A DNA stretch of 63,822 nucleotides, counting the filler, from Octopus bimaculoides (Eukaryota): the NCBI RefSeq assembly GCF_001194135.2. It is 6 parts of 5 records of this genome, joined end to end, with 100 filler letters (N's around TTAATTAATTAA, not from the genome) between each part and the next. Parts side by side here need not be neighbours in the genome. Positions count along the whole stretch, not along the records: positions 62,238 to 63,822 come from NC_068994.1; 5 more parts are not named here. The stretch is one strand, 5' to 3'. Position 1 is the stretch's first letter. Every line of letters starts with the position of its first letter. The notes under the pieces were generated by a model. The model ran no database searches. It had not been told where the DNA came from and saw only the letters and a program-made list of their open reading frames with translations. Below are positions 62,311-63,822 of the stretch, one piece after another. The position numbers and the translations under genes are program-made.

Positions 62311-63791
62311 CACACACACATTATACATACATATGTTCAATGGTGCATCCCTCATTCATCAATGAGGTTTCAGTTATTCAATCAAAATGAATTATTCAAT
62401 CAAATGAACTGAACAAGCAAGTGGTTTGCCATTACACAGACACATGTTTCCTTAAGATTATTCTTAACCACTATCAATATGATACAGTATATGACATGGT
62501 TATGCTTTGTGAATTACAAGTGCAAACAATCTGGTAAACTTCTGCATAATTTCTGTAAAGCCCATTTCATGCACAAAATATGGATTGACTAGAAGATGGG
62601 GAAAATATTAGTCCAAGATGTCAAATGGGGGGATGAAACCAGATGTCATGTGGTTGCAAAGCAAACTTTTTGCAATTTACACCTACATAAATATGTATAT
62701 GTATGTGTATAAATACATACATTTATACACACATATATGCAGACATTTGTACACACATACACACAAAAGTACTTTACATACATGCATACATACATACATA
62801 TGGGTACACTTCCTTTTAATGGTTACAAAGAAGTTACCAGAATGTTACATAAGCACACAGCACAAAGTGCACTGCTTCTCATCGCAGAAACAGCTGTAAG
62901 CTAATGAAATTCATTGCATAAATCTTGTTCTTGTATCATTCATTCTCCTGCCACTTTCTTCTAAAATATTAATATATTGAGTTCTAATGATCGGTTATTT
63001 ATAAATTCCTCTTACTCTGAGTTTTGTGAATGATCATGGACGTATGCTCATCAGACATATGAGTTATGGATTTTAGTTGATCACAGCAAAGATAGCTGCT
63101 GTGGAGGATCTATGCACAAAATATTTCAGGATTATTTACTTTACCAAAAATATAGCTACAAGAAGCGAAACTGTGTAGGCATGTTTCAAGTTTTAGTCTA
63201 TAGTTCCACAAATTATTGCATCGGAGCACATCATTTCAAGGAAAACTTCAGACACTAGGTGACATATTTTGAAGCCACCACAACAAACTGTAATTAACAG
63301 CAGAAAAAATTACTGATGAAAAAATAAATAACTTAGTGCAATTATCTAAAGTAAAAATTGAAACTAGTTTTCACAGAAAATTGAAATAAAGGTAAGAGTA
63401 ACATATCATTTATGGATTATATTTGTTTTCTTGTACAATTATTATGAAGCACAAATTGGATTCTCCCTTCTCCATGGCATGGATGCAACAGTTCTGTTAG
63501 TAACAATATTTGAAGACCAACTGAGAATTGCCAGCATATTATTAACAAAGAATATAGAAAATACAATGAAATCATATGATTCAATTTATGTTGGTATTGG
63601 GAAACCTCTGTTAAACTGGGTATATTTGTTAGTATGTGTTCATTTCTCTATTTACGACATGTTTTTGAATTATATATACAGGTATGTCATATTTCCATTG
63701 TCTTTTTATTTAATCCTAAATTGGTTAAATAAGGCATTAAAGGTGAAAAACTGGAGTTCCTATAGAAACCAATATTATATGTTTTTCTGTG

Positions 63792-63822
<31 letters not shown>

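Overview
AT-rich, microsatellite-dense animal genomic DNA with many N gaps. The repeat content (tRNA-headed SINEs, RTE and R4/Dong LINEs, Penelope-like elements, Tc1/mariner relics) suggests an octopus draft assembly; this is an inference. The only host coding sequence I can support is the first coding exon of a Slit-like secreted LRR gene (+ strand, 46693-47000). It has a hydrophobic signal segment, an LRRNT domain and a phase-2 GTAAGT donor. No exon 2 is visible, so the remaining 16.8 kb is probably intron 1. Almost every other ORF in the track is a microsatellite or N-gap artefact, or a transposon fragment. The most interesting observations are four. (1) At least five unrelated families of minimal type-I hammerhead-ribozyme (HHR) motifs with palindromic helix III, typical of Penelope-like elements; three carry the same U4C core change, and in the Slit intron the sense copies are core variants while the one canonical copy is antisense. 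(2) The Slit frame stays open 169 codons upstream through poly-Thr/Ser/Asn triplet repeats, with good Kozak ATGs, which could give a membrane-anchored Slit. (3) A sharp CpG-poor to CpG-rich transition at about 28 kb, reverting near 62 kb. (4) Three different R4/Dong families all sitting in (TAA)n arrays. All translations, pairings and counts were done by eye; element boundaries are approximate unless a TSD or TIR is quoted.
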